Of a stretch of DNA of 32,000 nt, positions 31,952 through 32,000 are shown piece by piece (within the stretch, counting starts at the first letter, position 1; every line of letters begins with the position of its first letter). The DNA is taken from contig NZ_CP010341.1 in assembly GCF_000940845.1 (NCBI RefSeq), forward strand, positions 1,860,001 to 1,892,000. The letters run 5' to 3'. Source of the DNA: Propionibacterium freudenreichii subsp. freudenreichii. GTDB lineage: Bacteria; Actinomycetota; Actinomycetes; Propionibacteriales; Propionibacteriaceae. The position numbers and the translations under genes are program-made. The notes beneath the pieces were generated by a model, which did no database searches, was not told the origin of the DNA, and saw nothing but the letters and a program-made list of their open reading frames with translations.

Positions 31952-32000
31952 GCTGATCCTGTTCCGCCCCAGGCATTGGCCGCCTGCGACTGTCTGCACG

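Overview
This is a visibly high-GC actinobacterial chromosomal backbone region. Its gene order recalls the M. tuberculosis Rv1002c-Rv1020 neighbourhood (from memory), with local inversions and insertions.

Gene content, left to right:
- Minus strand: mfd (partial, and MISSING from the supplied ORF track because it has no stop in the window), a GatB/YqeY-domain protein, pth, rplY/ctc, prs, glmU, and tRNA-Gln(UUG).
- Plus strand: an E. coli-type (class B-like) aspartate carbamoyltransferase and a TetR regulator.
- Minus strand: ispE, rsmA/ksgA, tatD, rsmI, and a GH95-like protein.
- Plus strand: pmt (GT39), a DUF218/YdcF membrane protein, and an NCS2 uracil-type permease.
- Then a cupin (-), galK (+), a fluoride riboswitch followed by usp-crcB-crcB, and a GNAT.
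- One ISL3 insertion sequence with intact 8-bp target duplication sits in the U-tract of the gdhA terminator.
- Finally gdhA, a divergent DHA2-type MFS/TetR pair, and an MHS-type MFS transporter.

Most very long ORFs in the track (for example 54..3245 +, 6168..7865 +, 9863..11527 +, 13842..15500 +, 16643..18823 -, 18273..19790 -) are antisense shadows typical of high-GC DNA. Several track ORFs are over-extended at the 5' end. About ten genes fit a leaderless architecture, with a TANNNT-type -10 box 6-7 nt before the start codon.

I do not see a convincing novel multi-gene system: no CRISPR, no defence island, no biosynthetic cluster. The leads worth a second look are:
- a GH95-like protein whose catalytic motifs I cannot recognise, wedged between rsmI and pmt;
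- an orphan E. coli-type PyrB with no pyrI or pyr operon nearby;
- short perfect tandem repeats and a shared AGAACATC motif in several intergenic regions;
- a structured 377-bp prs-ctc spacer with a triplicated CATTGACCCC element and an anti-SD hairpin;
- an atypically folded tRNA-Gln;
- the fluoride riboswitch variant;
- the IS insertion geometry.

All calls are by-eye. No database search or folding program was run.
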